64,000 nucleotides of DNA from an uncultured Lachnoclostridium sp. (lineage in GTDB: Bacteria; Bacillota; Clostridia; Lachnospirales; Lachnospiraceae). The first letter of the stretch is position 1; each line of letters begins with the position of its first letter. The position numbers and the translations under genes are program-made. The stretch is taken from the NCBI GenBank assembly GCA_964561705.1, contig CAZLQJ010000001.1, forward strand, positions 45,915-109,914. Reading direction: 5' to 3'. A model generated the notes under the pieces. It was not told the origin of the DNA, searched no databases, and was given only the letters and a program-made list of their open reading frames with translations. Shown here in pieces: positions 42,303 to 51,862 of this stretch.

Positions 42303-42344
42303 AATGTTTCCTCCTGTCATTTATTTCCGCAAATCCGGTTCTAC

Positions 42345-42384
42345 GGAAAAGGGCGGAAGCTTTTTCTCCCGTGAAGCCTCCGCC
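42345..42384 (-). promoter_or_regulatory. Hairpin in the metA leader (possible attenuator)
   Basis: On the minus strand, GGCGGAGGCTT-loop-AAGCTTCCGCC forms an 11-bp stem with one G-U pair. It is followed by CTTTTCC. Confidence 0.35.
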
Positions 42385-42396
42385 AAACATATTCTT

Positions 42397-42425
42397 ATTG
42401 TAATGTTTTTTACCCCTTTACGCAA
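42397..42425 (-). promoter_or_regulatory. Sigma-A type promoter for metA
   Basis: On the minus strand, TTGCGT (42425-42420) is followed by a 17-nt spacer and TACAAT (42402-42397). Confidence 0.55.
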
Positions 42426-42454
42426 CCAAAAAGATGTAATTTTAAAAAATCTTT

Positions 42455-43288
42455 TTATTTTTCGATATTTTCACAGATCACCTCATCTAATGTTCCAAAG
42501 GTATATCCCTCACTCTCCCATTGGGTAAGCAGCTCATCTAAAATTTCTGCATTGGTTGAAGAGGTACTGTGTAAAAGCACAATGGCTCCCGGATGTACCC
42601 GCGACATTAATTTTTCAAAGGCCTCTTCCCTGGACGGCTGGTCATCCTGTTTCCAGTCCACATAGGCAAGACTCCAGAAAAAGGTATGATATCCTAAATC
42701 CTTTGCCATCTTCAGATTCTCAATACTATATTTTCCCTGAGGCGGACGGTAATATTTCACCATTTCTTCACCTGTAATCTCTTGAAATTTGTTTTCGACA
42801 CTTGTCATTTCTTCCGTAAAACTTTCCAGATTGGAAATTTTCGACATATCATAGTGATGATAGGTATGATTTCCAACGTTGTGGCCTTCCTCCACCATCC
42901 GAAGGACCTGATCCTGTGCAGTTTCCAGATAATGTCCTACCACAAAAAATGTGGCTTTTACCTGATGTTTTTTCAATGCATCTAGAATCGCCGGTGTATT
43001 TCCATTTTCATATCCTGCATCAAAGGTAAGATACAGTCGTTTCTGATTAGTATCTCCTAGGTAATAGGTATCATATTCTTTTAATTCCTCCATCGGTGCC
43101 ATTCCTGTAGGTGGCTGTCCCTGCCTCCCAAATCCTAGTCCCCAGTCCTGACTTTCTGCAATTACCGAATTTGACACAACATTCTTTGCTTCATTTTTTC
43201 TTTGCAGTTCTCCCAAAACAGCGCCGGAAACATAGCAGATACCAAACACAGTCAGGATTCCAAATGCTTTCAAGATCCTAATCTTCAT
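42455..43288 (-). CDS. Polysaccharide deacetylase (PdaA-like, NodB domain) with an N-terminal signal/anchor
   Basis: LYLTFDAGYENGNTPAILDALKKHQVKATFFVVGHYL...GHNVGNHTYHH contains the NodB motifs TFDxG and HxxxH. The start is MKIRILKAFGILTVFG at 43288. Confidence 0.85.
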   Translation of the reverse strand: MKIRILKAFGILTVFGICYVSGAVLGELQRKNEAKNVVSNSVIAESQDWGLGFGRQGQPPTGMAPMEELKEYDTYYLGDTNQKRLYLTFDAGYENGNTPAILDALKKHQVKATFFVVGHYLETAQDQVLRMVEEGHNVGNHTYHHYDMSKISNLESFTEEMTSVENKFQEITGEEMVKYYRPPQGKYSIENLKMAKDLGYHTFFWSLAYVDWKQDDQPSREEAFEKLMSRVHPGAIVLLHSTSSTNAEILDELLTQWESEGYTFGTLDEVICENIEK

Positions 43289-43346
43289 ATTCCTCCAAAT
43301 AAAAAGCTTTTGGTACACTATATGACCAAAAGCTTTCTTATTTGCA

Positions 43347-45236
43347 TTAATTGCTGGCATTGCTTGCTGCAATCTTTACTTTACTCCACAGGTTACTGAT
43401 GATTTTTTTTGTTTCTGCATGAAATTCAAAAATTTCATCTTTTTCATAATTTGTTCTTGGAAGATAAGCGGAAATTCCTTCATAATCTCCACCTACTCCG
43501 GAAAGTTCCTCCATGACTTCCTGATTTGGAGATGTATAACCTACATAGCTGGAATTATCGTAAGCTGCCTCGTAGGTACATACATAATTCATAAATTCAT
43601 GTGCCAATTCTATATTTTTCGCATTGGAAGGAATGACCATGGCATCACACCACAGATTGGTTCCGGATTCCGGCAGATAAAATCCCATATTTTCATTTTC
43701 GCTCATGATATAAGCCGCATCACCAGAATAAACAAGTCCCAGTGCCTTTCTTCCCTGGGCCATATTATCGATGATCTCATCCGTCACGATCTCCGGCTTC
43801 ATGGTTTCTACGCACTGAACCAGCCATTCGTAAGCATTATTTAACTCTTTTTCATCAGTCGTATTCATAGAATATCCCAATGCTTTCAGCGCCATCATAA
43901 AGGAGTCTCTCTCAGAATCGTAGAGATAAATATCTCCCTGATATTTTGGATCCAGGAAAATATTGTATCCTTCTGCCTCAAGTTCTTCCTCTGTCACCTT
44001 GGTCTTGTCATAGATAATTCCAACCGTTCCCCAGAAATATGGCACAGAATACTCATTTCCAGGATCATAGCTCATATCTTTTACATCATCCACCAGAAGA
44101 TCAAAACCTTCCAGTTTTTCCTGTTCCAGCGACTGAATCAGTTTTTCATTGATCATACGCTGAATCATATAATCACTTGGAATCACCACATCATAGGATT
44201 CACCGTTTGCGATCTTAATATACATCTGCTCATTGGAATCAAACAGATCCATTACCACTTTTGCACCGGTCTGCTCCTCAAAATTCTGGATCAGATGCTC
44301 TCCTACATATTCTCCTGCATTATATACTCTCAGGGTTTCTCCCTCATATGGAAGAGCTTCCTTTGTTACACCTCCCCGGAGTGTAAACAAGGCTGCAAAC
44401 AGTGCCAGAACCACTACCGCCAGAATTCCCAGAAGTTTTCCTACATTTTTTCCCTTCTCCTGATATTTTGTCATCACAGCAGGAAGCAGGTTGATCAGCA
44501 AAAGTCCTACAGTAATGATCAAAACAACCAGAGTTGAAATCGCATTAATACTTGGGTTTACGCGTTTACTCATTGTGTAAACCATGATACTTAAGTTTTT
44601 AACCCCCTGTCCTGTAACAAAGTAGGAAATGATAAAATCATCGACAGACATGGTAAATGCGATCAATGCTCCGGAAATGATGCCCGGTGTAATCTGCGGT
44701 ACAATCACCTTTGTCAACGCCTGAAACGGAGTAGCTCCCAGATCCATTGCTGCATTGGCAAGGTTTGGATCCAGCGAACGTACTTTTGGCATCACAGAAA
44801 GCATTACATAAGGAATGCAGAATGCAATATGTGCCAACAGCATGGTCGTATAGCCTTTTTCAATCTTAAAAGTAATAAAAAGTAACATAAATCCGATAGC
44901 AGTTACAATCTCCGGATTCATCATCGGCAGGTTGTTGACCTGATCCATAATATCCCGGATGATCTTTTTGGATTTGCTAAGACCAATCGCAGCGATCGTT
45001 CCAACGACCGTAGAAATTGCCGTCGCCAGAAGTGCTACACTGAATGTTGTATACAAAGCTTCCATCATATCCCTGGATTCCAGCATATGCTGATACCACC
45101 GAAGGGAAAATCCGGTGAAACTAGTCAATGATTTTCCATCATTGAAAGAAAATATGATCATATAAAGGATGGGCGCATAGAAGAAAACAACCAACAGTCC
45201 CATAAGAAATTTTCCATAAGTTCCATTCTTTTTCAT
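43347..45236 (-). CDS. Fused spermidine/putrescine ABC transporter permease (PotC-like) and substrate-binding protein (PotD-like)
   Basis: The N-terminal 6-TM permease carries the EAA-like loop AAMDLGATPFQALTKVIVP. An extra TM follows, then a PotD-like SBP (LRVYNAGEYVGEHLIQNFEEQTGAKVVMDLFDSNEQMY...YDVVIPSDYM). Confidence 0.85.
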   Translation of the reverse strand: MKKNGTYGKFLMGLLVVFFYAPILYMIIFSFNDGKSLTSFTGFSLRWYQHMLESRDMMEALYTTFSVALLATAISTVVGTIAAIGLSKSKKIIRDIMDQVNNLPMMNPEIVTAIGFMLLFITFKIEKGYTTMLLAHIAFCIPYVMLSVMPKVRSLDPNLANAAMDLGATPFQALTKVIVPQITPGIISGALIAFTMSVDDFIISYFVTGQGVKNLSIMVYTMSKRVNPSINAISTLVVLIITVGLLLINLLPAVMTKYQEKGKNVGKLLGILAVVVLALFAALFTLRGGVTKEALPYEGETLRVYNAGEYVGEHLIQNFEEQTGAKVVMDLFDSNEQMYIKIANGESYDVVIPSDYMIQRMINEKLIQSLEQEKLEGFDLLVDDVKDMSYDPGNEYSVPYFWGTVGIIYDKTKVTEEELEAEGYNIFLDPKYQGDIYLYDSERDSFMMALKALGYSMNTTDEKELNNAYEWLVQCVETMKPEIVTDEIIDNMAQGRKALGLVYSGDAAYIMSENENMGFYLPESGTNLWCDAMVIPSNAKNIELAHEFMNYVCTYEAAYDNSSYVGYTSPNQEVMEELSGVGGDYEGISAYLPRTNYEKDEIFEFHAETKKIISNLWSKVKIAASNASN

Positions 45237-45241
45237 AGCTG

Positions 45242-46081
45242 TTACTCTTCCTCCTTTCCACCCTGATTTCTCTTTTCTACATTTCTAACCAGCATCATCA
45301 TCAACATCATAACCATTGCAATGATCATAGAGATGGCACTTCCGAAATTCCACTCCCCGGCTGTAATAAACTGATTTTCAATCAGGTTCCCGATCAGGAA
45401 ATATTGTCCGCCGCCCAACAGCTTCGGAATAAAGAAGGAGCTGACTGCCGGTAGAAATACCAAAGTAATTCCATTGATCACTCCCGGAAGGGATAATGGA
45501 AAAATAACCCTGCGGAAGGTCTGTGCCCGATTGGCTCCCAGATCCGCTGCTGCCTCGATCAGCGAATGATCCATCTTACAGAGCGAAGTATTGATCTGCA
45601 GGATCATAAATGGAAGAAAGTTATAAACCATGCCCAGTAAAACTGCGCCCTCCGTATAGAGGATTTCTGTCTCTTTCAGCCCCAAAAATCCAAGGATCGT
45701 CTGAATGATCCCGCCTTCGCTTAAAATCCCGATCCACGCATAAGTTCTTACCAATGCATTGATCCAGGTTGGAAGTGTAATACAAAGAACTAAAAAGTTT
45801 TGTACCTGCTCCCTGCATTTTGAAATATAATATGCCGCCGGATAGCCGATCAGCAGACAGATCACCGTCGTCTTTACAGCAATGACCAGAGAACGCCACA
45901 GGATCAGAAGAAAATCCGGATCTGTAAAAAACTTTTTGTAATGTTCCAAGGTAAAGGAAAACGAAATGATCTCATTTCCCTGGTGCATTACGGAATACAA
46001 TGCAATGAGTGCCATTGGCAGTACCAGCATCATTGCAGCCCATACGATATATGGAATCGCTAACTGTGAAAATCTTTTCAT
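45242..46081 (-). CDS. potB: Spermidine/putrescine ABC transporter permease (PotB-like)
   Basis: Six TMs with the EAA loop EAAADLGANRAQTFRRVIFPLSLPG. It lies between potA and potCD. Confidence 0.85.
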   Translation of the reverse strand: MKRFSQLAIPYIVWAAMMLVLPMALIALYSVMHQGNEIISFSFTLEHYKKFFTDPDFLLILWRSLVIAVKTTVICLLIGYPAAYYISKCREQVQNFLVLCITLPTWINALVRTYAWIGILSEGGIIQTILGFLGLKETEILYTEGAVLLGMVYNFLPFMILQINTSLCKMDHSLIEAAADLGANRAQTFRRVIFPLSLPGVINGITLVFLPAVSSFFIPKLLGGGQYFLIGNLIENQFITAGEWNFGSAISMIIAMVMMLMMMLVRNVEKRNQGGKEEE

Positions 46082-47661
46082 TACTCAAATACCACCCTTG
46101 ACATAACATGAATATCTTCCGGGAAAAAGGTCAGTCCTACTTCTTCCCCAACTGCTGAATAATCCGTTGTATGGATTTTAAATTCCCTTCCGGTCGTTGA
46201 GAAGGTTACCTTATATACGCCTTCCTTCACATCTTCCGGGTCAAAATCATAATCAACGCTGATATCAATGCTCTGGCTCTCATCACTCAATTTCCATCCC
46301 TGTGCATTGGCCCAGGTCTTAATATCCGTATCCAGTGCCTGAGACTCTAAAATTTCATCAACTGTTTTAAAGAAGTTGAATGCCATAATGGCTTCATTGG
46401 CCTTTTCATTTTTTACGAACGGCTGATTGACCACAAAAATATTCTTTTCAATCGCCGTTCCCCCGGTTGTATAGAAGGTTACCGGATAGCAGCCAACTTC
46501 TTCCTGAAGCTCATATTCTACCTTTGCAATCGAAGTATACTCATCTGTTTCCGGATTCCACGCCTGTGCATTGGAAAGGGCAATGATCTCTTTATCATCC
46601 AGATTCTTTACATCCTCGATATCTACATAGAAATCATTTGCACTGATCTTTTCTTTTCCATCTTCACTAGTCACATCATGGTTATGGATCACATGCATAT
46701 TCACAGTCACACTGGTTCCCGGTACGGTTTCTACGATAATCTCATAATGAACTCCTTTGAACAGGGTGCTCAGTACCTCTCCTGTCATCTTTCCGTCTTT
46801 TACATCCACGATATCGATATCTTCCGGTCTGATAACCACATCCACCTTTTCATCCTTTTTAAATCCAAAATCCACACAGTCAAAGGTAATATCATCAAAA
46901 CGTACTTTATAATCCTCCAGCATAACTGCCGGAATGATATTACTTTCTCCGATAAAGTTGGCAACATAGCAGTTTGCCGGTTCATTATAGATTTCTTCCG
47001 GCGTACCCACCTGCAAAATATCTCCACCCTTCATGACCACGATCTTATCCGACATCGTCAATGCCTCTTCCTGATCATGCGTAACAAAAATAAAGGTAAT
47101 GCCGACTTCCTGCTGGATCCGCTTCAATTCATACTGCATTTCTTTACGAAGCTTTAAATCCAAAGCTGCCAAAGGTTCATCCAAAAGCAATACTTTCGGC
47201 TCGTTGACCAGCGCTCTTGCAATTGCCACACGCTGCTGCTGACCGCCGGAAAGCAGGGTCACATTCTTCTTTTCGTACCCTTCCAGCCCAATGAGTTTCA
47301 GCATTTTCATAACCTTCTGATCAATAACGTCCTTACTCATTTTTTTAATATGAAGTCCAAATGCAATATTTTCATAAACACTCAGATGGGGAAAGAGAGC
47401 ATATTTTTGAAATACGGTATTTAACTCTCTCTCATAAGGAGGCTTTTTACTGATTTCCTCTCCATCAAACATGACACTTCCCTCATCTGCATCCAGGAAG
47501 CCTCCAAGAATTCTTAAAAGGGTTGTTTTTCCACAACCTGAGGGTCCTAACAGGGTCACAAATTCTTTTTCATAAATATCCAGATTCACCCCTTTTAAAA
47601 TGATCTGCCCATCAAAGCTTTTTACGATATTTCGAAACTCAATCTGTTTCTTTTTTTCCAT
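46081..47661 (-). CDS. potA: Spermidine/putrescine ABC transporter ATPase (PotA-like) with a ~180-aa insertion in the C-terminal regulatory domain
   Basis: Walker A is GPSGCGKTT, the signature motif is LSGGQQQR, and Walker B is LLLDEPL. The C-terminal part [10 protein letters not shown]...[12 protein letters not shown] is interrupted by two Ig-like repeats. Confidence 0.9.
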   Translation of the reverse strand: MEKKKQIEFRNIVKSFDGQIILKGVNLDIYEKEFVTLLGPSGCGKTTLLRILGGFLDADEGSVMFDGEEISKKPPYERELNTVFQKYALFPHLSVYENIAFGLHIKKMSKDVIDQKVMKMLKLIGLEGYEKKNVTLLSGGQQQRVAIARALVNEPKVLLLDEPLAALDLKLRKEMQYELKRIQQEVGITFIFVTHDQEEALTMSDKIVVMKGGDILQVGTPEEIYNEPANCYVANFIGESNIIPAVMLEDYKVRFDDITFDCVDFGFKKDEKVDVVIRPEDIDIVDVKDGKMTGEVLSTLFKGVHYEIIVETVPGTSVTVNMHVIHNHDVTSEDGKEKISANDFYVDIEDVKNLDDKEIIALSNAQAWNPETDEYTSIAKVEYELQEEVGCYPVTFYTTGGTAIEKNIFVVNQPFVKNEKANEAIMAFNFFKTVDEILESQALDTDIKTWANAQGWKLSDESQSIDISVDYDFDPEDVKEGVYKVTFSTTGREFKIHTTDYSAVGEEVGLTFFPEDIHVMSRVVFE

Positions 47662-47676
47662 TTTCCCATCCTCCCT

Positions 47677-48210
47677 CTAAAACATTGGCGGCGTTGTAAC
47701 CCATAAGATCAATGCGTCACTGCTTCCATGATTATATAAATAATGATTCTTTTTTCCATCTATGTAAAAGGTGTCTTTGGCCTTTAATTTATATTTTTTA
47801 TTGTCTCTTACCAAAGTAACCGTTCCCTTTAAAAGGTAACCAAATTCCTCACCTCTGTGGGATTCCATTTCCTGACTACTCTTTTTCGGCGGAAGTGTCA
47901 GCAAAATCGGCTCCATCTCATTTTTCTGGGCATTCGGAACGATCCACTCAATCTGATAATCTTCTTTTTTATCCACAAAAAAATCTTTTGTAGAAAAAAC
48001 AATCTGTTCCTCTTCCTCTTCGTGAAAAAATTCCGCAAGATTCGTCCCCAGCGCCTCCAAAATATCCTCCAGCGTGGAAATGCTCGGACTGGTCAGATTT
48101 CGCTCAAGCTGTGACAAAAATCCCTTGGTCAGTTCACTTCTGGATGCAAGATCCTCCAGCGTCAGATCATTTTGCAGACGCAGTTCCCTGATCTTTTTTC
48201 CAATATCCAT
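47677..48210 (-). CDS. XRE-family HTH plus cupin-domain transcriptional regulator (PuuR-like)
   Basis: The N-terminus is IGKKIRELRLQNDLTLEDLASRSELTKGFLSQLERN. The C-terminal cupin is GEEFGYLLKGTVTL...HYLYNHG. Confidence 0.85.
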   Translation of the reverse strand: MDIGKKIRELRLQNDLTLEDLASRSELTKGFLSQLERNLTSPSISTLEDILEALGTNLAEFFHEEEEEQIVFSTKDFFVDKKEDYQIEWIVPNAQKNEMEPILLTLPPKKSSQEMESHRGEEFGYLLKGTVTLVRDNKKYKLKAKDTFYIDGKKNHYLYNHGSSDALILWVTTPPMF

Positions 48211-48339
48211 GAAACCCCTCCTTTTGTTTGGTAATACTAAACAATTTTTTTATTGATACACACTTTTCCAATTATACATATTCTCATACATTTTGCAATA
48301 GGTTTTGTAAATTCAAATTAAATTTTTAGTATTGCTATA

Positions 48340-48383
48340 CAAAAATCGACGGAACCTCACCCTGGATGTTCCGTCGATTTTTG
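48340..48383. terminator. Bidirectional-looking rho-independent terminator after sigG
   Basis: 11-bp stem atcgacggaac/gttccgtcgat (48345-48355 and 48368-48378), flanked by an A-run and a T-run. Confidence 0.75.
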
Positions 48384-48401
48384 TTCACATATGCTGTTTT
48401 C

Positions 48402-49181
48402 TTATCTAAGATACTGACGCATAACCTTCAATGCATGTTTTTCCAGCCGGCTCACCTGTGCCTGGGAAATACCGATTTCATCTGCGACCTCCATCTGGGT
48501 CTTTCCCTCATAAAATCGCAGATCAATGATATGTTGTTCTCTGGGGGCCAGCCGTTTCATTGCCTCCTGCAAAGAAATTTCTTCCACCCACTGCTCTTCC
48601 TTATTTTTCTTGTCACTGATCTGATCCATCACATAAAGGGTGTCGCCTCCCTCCGTATAGACCGGTTCATATAAACTGACCGGACTTTGGATTGCATCCA
48701 TAGCAACCACCACATCTTCCTCCGGTACCTGGATCATTTCCGCAATCTCCTTCACCGTCGGTTCCTGGGAATGTTTTTTCATATAATCTTCCTTGGCATA
48801 AATTGCCTTATAAGCAATATCCCGCAGAGAACGGCTGACACGAATCGCATTGGAATTATCCCGCAAATATCTTCGCAGTTCTCCTGCAACCATCGGCACT
48901 GCATAGGTCGAAAACTTCACCATCATCTCCGGCTTAAAATTATCAATTGCCTTGATCAATCCAATGCATCCTATCTGAAACAGATCATCCGGACATTCAT
49001 TACTGTTAGAAAAACGTTTGATCACACTAAGTACAAGTCTTAAATTTCCCTGAATATATTTTTCTCTGGCCTCTTTATCCCCTTGTTTGATCCTTCGGAA
49101 CAGTTCTTCTTTTTCTTCCTCTTTCAGTATCGGCAATTTGGATGTATTCACACCGCAAATTTCAACTTTTCCCTGAACCAT
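48402..49181 (-). CDS. sigG: Sporulation sigma factor G
   Basis: The product MVQGKVEICGVNTSKLPILKEEEKEELFRRIKQGDKEAREKYIQGNLRLVLSVIKRF matches SigG. The synteny spoIIGA-sigE-sigG supports it. AAGGAG lies upstream of ATG 49181. Confidence 0.9.
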   Translation of the reverse strand: MVQGKVEICGVNTSKLPILKEEEKEELFRRIKQGDKEAREKYIQGNLRLVLSVIKRFSNSNECPDDLFQIGCIGLIKAIDNFKPEMMVKFSTYAVPMVAGELRRYLRDNSNAIRVSRSLRDIAYKAIYAKEDYMKKHSQEPTVKEIAEMIQVPEEDVVVAMDAIQSPVSLYEPVYTEGGDTLYVMDQISDKKNKEEQWVEEISLQEAMKRLAPREQHIIDLRFYEGKTQMEVADEIGISQAQVSRLEKHALKVMRQYLR

Positions 49182-49283
49182 TGCTGCTCTCCTTATTTGT
49201 CTTAGACTTCTAAGAAAAGCATTCCCCCGTAATTCCGGATTTATTCCAAATTCGCCTTCCAAAGACTTCCAGATTTAGGAAGT

Positions 49284-50024
49284 TCATTCATATTTTACAA
49301 TCTCCTTTTTCAGACGTTTCATGATCTTTTTTTCCAGTCTAGAAATATAGGACTGAGAGATTCCCAAAAGATCTGCAACCTCTTTCTGGGTCTTTTCCTC
49401 CCCCAAAGGATTGTTCAGCCCAAAACGCATTTCCACGATCGTACGTTCCCTTCTGGAAAGCTTCTCAATGGCTTTGTTCAGCAGCTTGCGCTCCATTTCC
49501 GTTTCAATATCTTTATAGATCACATCCTCTTCCGTCCCCAGAATATCCGAAAGAAGTAGTTCATTTCCATCCCAATCCACATTTAAAGGTTCGTCAATGG
49601 ATACCTCCATTTTCGTTTTACTGTTTCTTCGAAGATACATCAAAATCTCATTTTCAATGCATCTGGACGCATAGGTAGCCAGTTTAATATTTTTGTCTTT
49701 GTTAAATGTGTTGATGGCCTTGATCAGACCAATGGTTCCGATTGAGATCAGATCCTCCACACCAACCCCCGTATTGTCAAATTTTTTTGCTATGTAAACC
49801 ACCAGTCGCAGATTATGTTCGATCAGCATGGTTCTAGCTTCATTTTTTTGTTCACTGTCGAGAAATTCTATAGCTTTTAATTCTTCCTCAGGATCCAATG
49901 GCGGCGGCAGTACTTCATTTCCTCCAATATAATGGATTTCCTGCTGTCTTCCGAACAGCATTTCCGGTAGATTCGGAACAATCTTAAACTGTATCTGTTT
50001 TGGTATCGCTACCTTAACTAACAT
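49284..50024 (-). CDS. sigE: Pro-sigma-E sporulation sigma factor
   Basis: A pro-sequence is followed by [18 protein letters not shown]...[41 protein letters not shown]. The gene lies downstream of spoIIGA. Confidence 0.9.
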   Translation of the reverse strand: MLVKVAIPKQIQFKIVPNLPEMLFGRQQEIHYIGGNEVLPPPLDPEEELKAIEFLDSEQKNEARTMLIEHNLRLVVYIAKKFDNTGVGVEDLISIGTIGLIKAINTFNKDKNIKLATYASRCIENEILMYLRRNSKTKMEVSIDEPLNVDWDGNELLLSDILGTEEDVIYKDIETEMERKLLNKAIEKLSRRERTIVEMRFGLNNPLGEEKTQKEVADLLGISQSYISRLEKKIMKRLKKEIVKYE

Positions 50025-50036
50025 GTTTTCCCCTCC

Positions 50037-50825
50037 CTAGCAATAATCATTGTGAAGTAAAATGGAATAGTGAAAAATCCCCGTAAACGGCTGTTCCGTA
50101 ATGGCTATCATTGGTTTATCCACAATCTGACTGTCATTTCCTTCCAGGATCACCAGATAATCAATCTGTGCGCCCCACAGGATGCCATCCTTTTTCCCTA
50201 CACTTTTATAAGGCACCGGATGATAGGCCGGCGGTGCCGAATCAGCGATCAAGGCATTCCACGCGTCCCTTGAAATAATACATACCGGTTTCTGACTGAT
50301 CGGATCAAACAAATGATTTCCCGTATCTGCAAATCCCTGCATATGTTGGCTTTGACCATTCCAGTAAAGAACAATTTCTCTCATACAGTCATTTTGCCGT
50401 TTGTAAATCTTTCGTACCTTTTCAAAAATCCCAAAGACAATAGTAAAAAATGCAGACAGCAAAAGCAGCGTATTAATCCGGATCGGTATCCACTGCTCTA
50501 CAAACTGTAAAATCCCCCCAAGAGCCAATGTCCACAGGATCATCTGATATAACAGATATAAGATCCGTCTTCCATCCTTGATCTCCATACATCCACAGAC
50601 CATCAAACCTGCTGCCGGGAACAACACGCCCAGCTGAAGGATCCAGCTGCTGCGAAAAAAAAGGAGGGATGCCATTGTATTGCAGGCTGCTGCTGCGAAA
50701 CTTGCCAAAAAGATCCGGTTTCCTGTAGCGGCAGGAAAAATCGCCGGTTTTAAAAATTCCAGCAACAACAGATTACATATAAAATTTTCTAACAACAATG
50801 TGTCTGGATAAATGACATAATGCAT
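50037..50825 (-). CDS. spoIIGA: Sigma-E processing peptidase SpoIIGA
   Basis: The N-terminal half is polytopic membrane. The C-terminal aspartic protease motif is GFADTGNHLFDP. Confidence 0.9.
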   Translation of the reverse strand: MHYVIYPDTLLLENFICNLLLLEFLKPAIFPAATGNRIFLASFAAAACNTMASLLFFRSSWILQLGVLFPAAGLMVCGCMEIKDGRRILYLLYQMILWTLALGGILQFVEQWIPIRINTLLLLSAFFTIVFGIFEKVRKIYKRQNDCMREIVLYWNGQSQHMQGFADTGNHLFDPISQKPVCIISRDAWNALIADSAPPAYHPVPYKSVGKKDGILWGAQIDYLVILEGNDSQIVDKPMIAITEQPFTGIFHYSILLHNDYC

Positions 50826-50851
50826 AATGTTTTCTCCTTGTCTGCAAGGAC

Positions 50852-50884
50852 ATTATACGAAATGGAATTTTTTTCCTTTGTCAA
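50852..50884 (-). promoter_or_regulatory. spoIIG-type promoter with an over-long spacer
   Basis: On the minus strand, TTGACA (50884-50879) is followed by a 21-nt spacer and TATAAT (50857-50852). Imperfect 0A-box-like sequences TGACAAA and TGTCAAT lie at or upstream of the -35. Confidence 0.5.
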
Positions 50885-50940
50885 AAGAACAGGAAATGTT
50901 TTTTATTTATTTCTCCCAGAATTGACACAGACAACAAAAA

Positions 50941-50961
50941 AGAGCCACATTTCGTGGCTCT
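50941..50961 (-). terminator. Terminator hairpin after aroD
   Basis: The stem agagccac/gtggctct has a 5-nt loop. The minus-strand tail is TTTTTGTTG. Confidence 0.65.
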
Positions 50962-50978
50962 TTTCTCCATAGATCTAT

Positions 50979-51755
50979 TTAACAATATTTGTGTAAGGTT
51001 TCTAAAATCAGTTTCAGATCCTCAATTTTTAGCTGTCCCGGTGCTGACGCTTCTCCCACTGTACCAAAGGTAATATCAGATCCAAAAGTCTCTCCGGCAA
51101 TACGGGTTACAATTCCCATCTGTCCCATTGCCATGGTAATCAAAGGTTTTTCAAAGTTAATGCTGGTTCTTCCGGTAATCTTTAAAAGTCTTGCCACATC
51201 ACCGATCTCATTTGGCATCACTGCAATCTTCAGAATATCTGCATCCAGCTCTTTCATTTTTGACAATTTTGTCATAATTTCACTTCGGCTCGGTGTTTTG
51301 TCGAAATCATGATGAGACGCAATCACTTTGATTCCGGCTTCATGAAGCATCTTGATCACATTTTTGGCTCTTTCCAGGTCGTGGTAGATTTCAAGGTCGA
51401 TCAGATCTACCTCTCCGCACATGGCAACTGCCAGATTTAATGCAAAATAGTCCTTTGCTCCAATCGATTTGCAACCGCCTTCACTTTCTGAACGAAAAGT
51501 AAATAATAACGGCATATCACCAATGATCTCCCGAAGTCCCTGCAGCACAGAAGCAAGTGCCTCCAGATGATAGGCATCTTCAAAATAATCTGCTCTCCAC
51601 TCGATGAGATCTGCCGGATAATGCGTAATCTCCTCCGCCTTTTTCAAAATGTCTTCCCGGGTCTGCTCAATGATCGGAACACAGATTTTTGGCATTCCTT
51701 CACCGATGGTTAAATTTCTTACCGTTACTACCTGTTTCATATCGTTCTCCTTCAC
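50979..51755 (-). CDS. aroD: Type I 3-dehydroquinate dehydratase
   Basis: Motifs PKICVPI, DLIEWRADYF and ITMAMGQMGIVTRI fit the AroD type I pattern. Confidence 0.85.
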   Translation of the reverse strand: MKENDMKQVVTVRNLTIGEGMPKICVPIIEQTREDILKKAEEITHYPADLIEWRADYFEDAYHLEALASVLQGLREIIGDMPLLFTFRSESEGGCKSIGAKDYFALNLAVAMCGEVDLIDLEIYHDLERAKNVIKMLHEAGIKVIASHHDFDKTPSRSEIMTKLSKMKELDADILKIAVMPNEIGDVARLLKITGRTSINFEKPLITMAMGQMGIVTRIAGETFGSDITFGTVGEASAPGQLKIEDLKLILETLHKYC

Positions 51756-51862
51756 GTTTCAGCTATCTTTAGTATAGTATTTTTTGCCATAAAGTGCAAT
51801 ATTTGACAGGCAAAAAAAATTCTTATAGAATGAAGAAAAACTGACGAAATGAGGCTGATTTT

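Noticed and set aside
42303-42454. SAM-I (S-box) riboswitch or T-box upstream of metA
   Set aside because: The leader is only ~95 nt from the predicted -10 to the start codon. I could not find the conserved S-box helices or a T-box (AGGGTGGNACCGCG-like) sequence.
49182-49283. Sigma-F/sigma-G type promoter for sigG (GAATA ... GGGGAATGCT)
   Set aside because: It resembles the consensus only loosely, and I cannot fix the spacing confidently by eye. I left it unannotated.
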